Positions 19,844 to 20,000 of a DNA stretch of 20,000 bases are shown one piece after another; positions within the stretch are counted from its first letter, which is position 1, and each line of letters starts with the position of its first letter. Below the pieces are notes generated by a model. The model was given only the letters and a program-made list of their open reading frames with translations, was not told the origin of the DNA and did not search any database. The DNA comes from Catajapyx aquilonaris (Eukaryota), in NCBI GenBank assembly GCA_000934665.2, contig JYFJ02001466.1, positions 59,014 to 79,013 of the forward strand. The letters are read 5' to 3'. A program made the translations under genes and the position numbers.

Positions 19844-20000
19844 CAGGGCCGGATCTAGGGGGGGGCAAACGGGGGCACCTGCCCCGGGCGGCAAGAAGGT
19901 GGGGGCGGCATGTCTTGTCCCTGGAAATGAACTTGTCACATGCACATTGCACTGTTCTGTGTGCAGCTCCGGATTTACCCCCCGGCCGCCCTTAGGCACG
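19844..20000. mobile_element. Left end of probable hAT-type MITE in a YIPF1 intron (truncated by window edge)
   Basis: Abrupt switch to GC-rich CAGGGCCGGATCTAGGGGGGGGCAAACGGGGGCACCTGCCCCGGGCGGC, the terminal style of animal non-autonomous hAT elements; other TIR and TSD not visible. Confidence 0.7.

Overview
Eukaryotic (animal, most likely arthropod) genomic DNA, not prokaryotic. The window holds (i) an apparently complete 9-exon + strand gene for a ~1043-aa Patched-related / PTCHD3-NPC1-like sterol-sensing-domain RND membrane protein (coding exons 1189-1286, 10869-11115, 12154-12224, 12746-13361, 14029-14250, 14313-14494, 14575-14758, 14991-15504, 15666-16663; all introns GT-AG and phase-consistent; ~9.6 kb first intron). 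It also holds (ii) the last coding exons of a convergent - strand Yip1-domain gene (YIPF1/2-like; 19782-19600 and 19436-19245, with a possible alternative terminal exon at 19048-19032). There are (iii) three non-autonomous DNA transposons (MITEs) from apparently different superfamilies: Harbinger-like 3021-3362, CCC-terminal 2-bp-TSD EnSpm-like 18025-18238, and a hAT-like left end at 19844+. Most other ORFs in the track are non-coding noise or antisense shadows. I see no convincing wholly new biological system. The best second-look items are: a stop-free exon-1 read-through ending on an intronic AATAAA; candidate alternative first exons; an acidic/mucin-like insert in the first extracellular loop; a step in CpG content within the gene; a CTCF/E2F/YY1 motif cluster between the convergent genes; and possible 3'UTR overlap.
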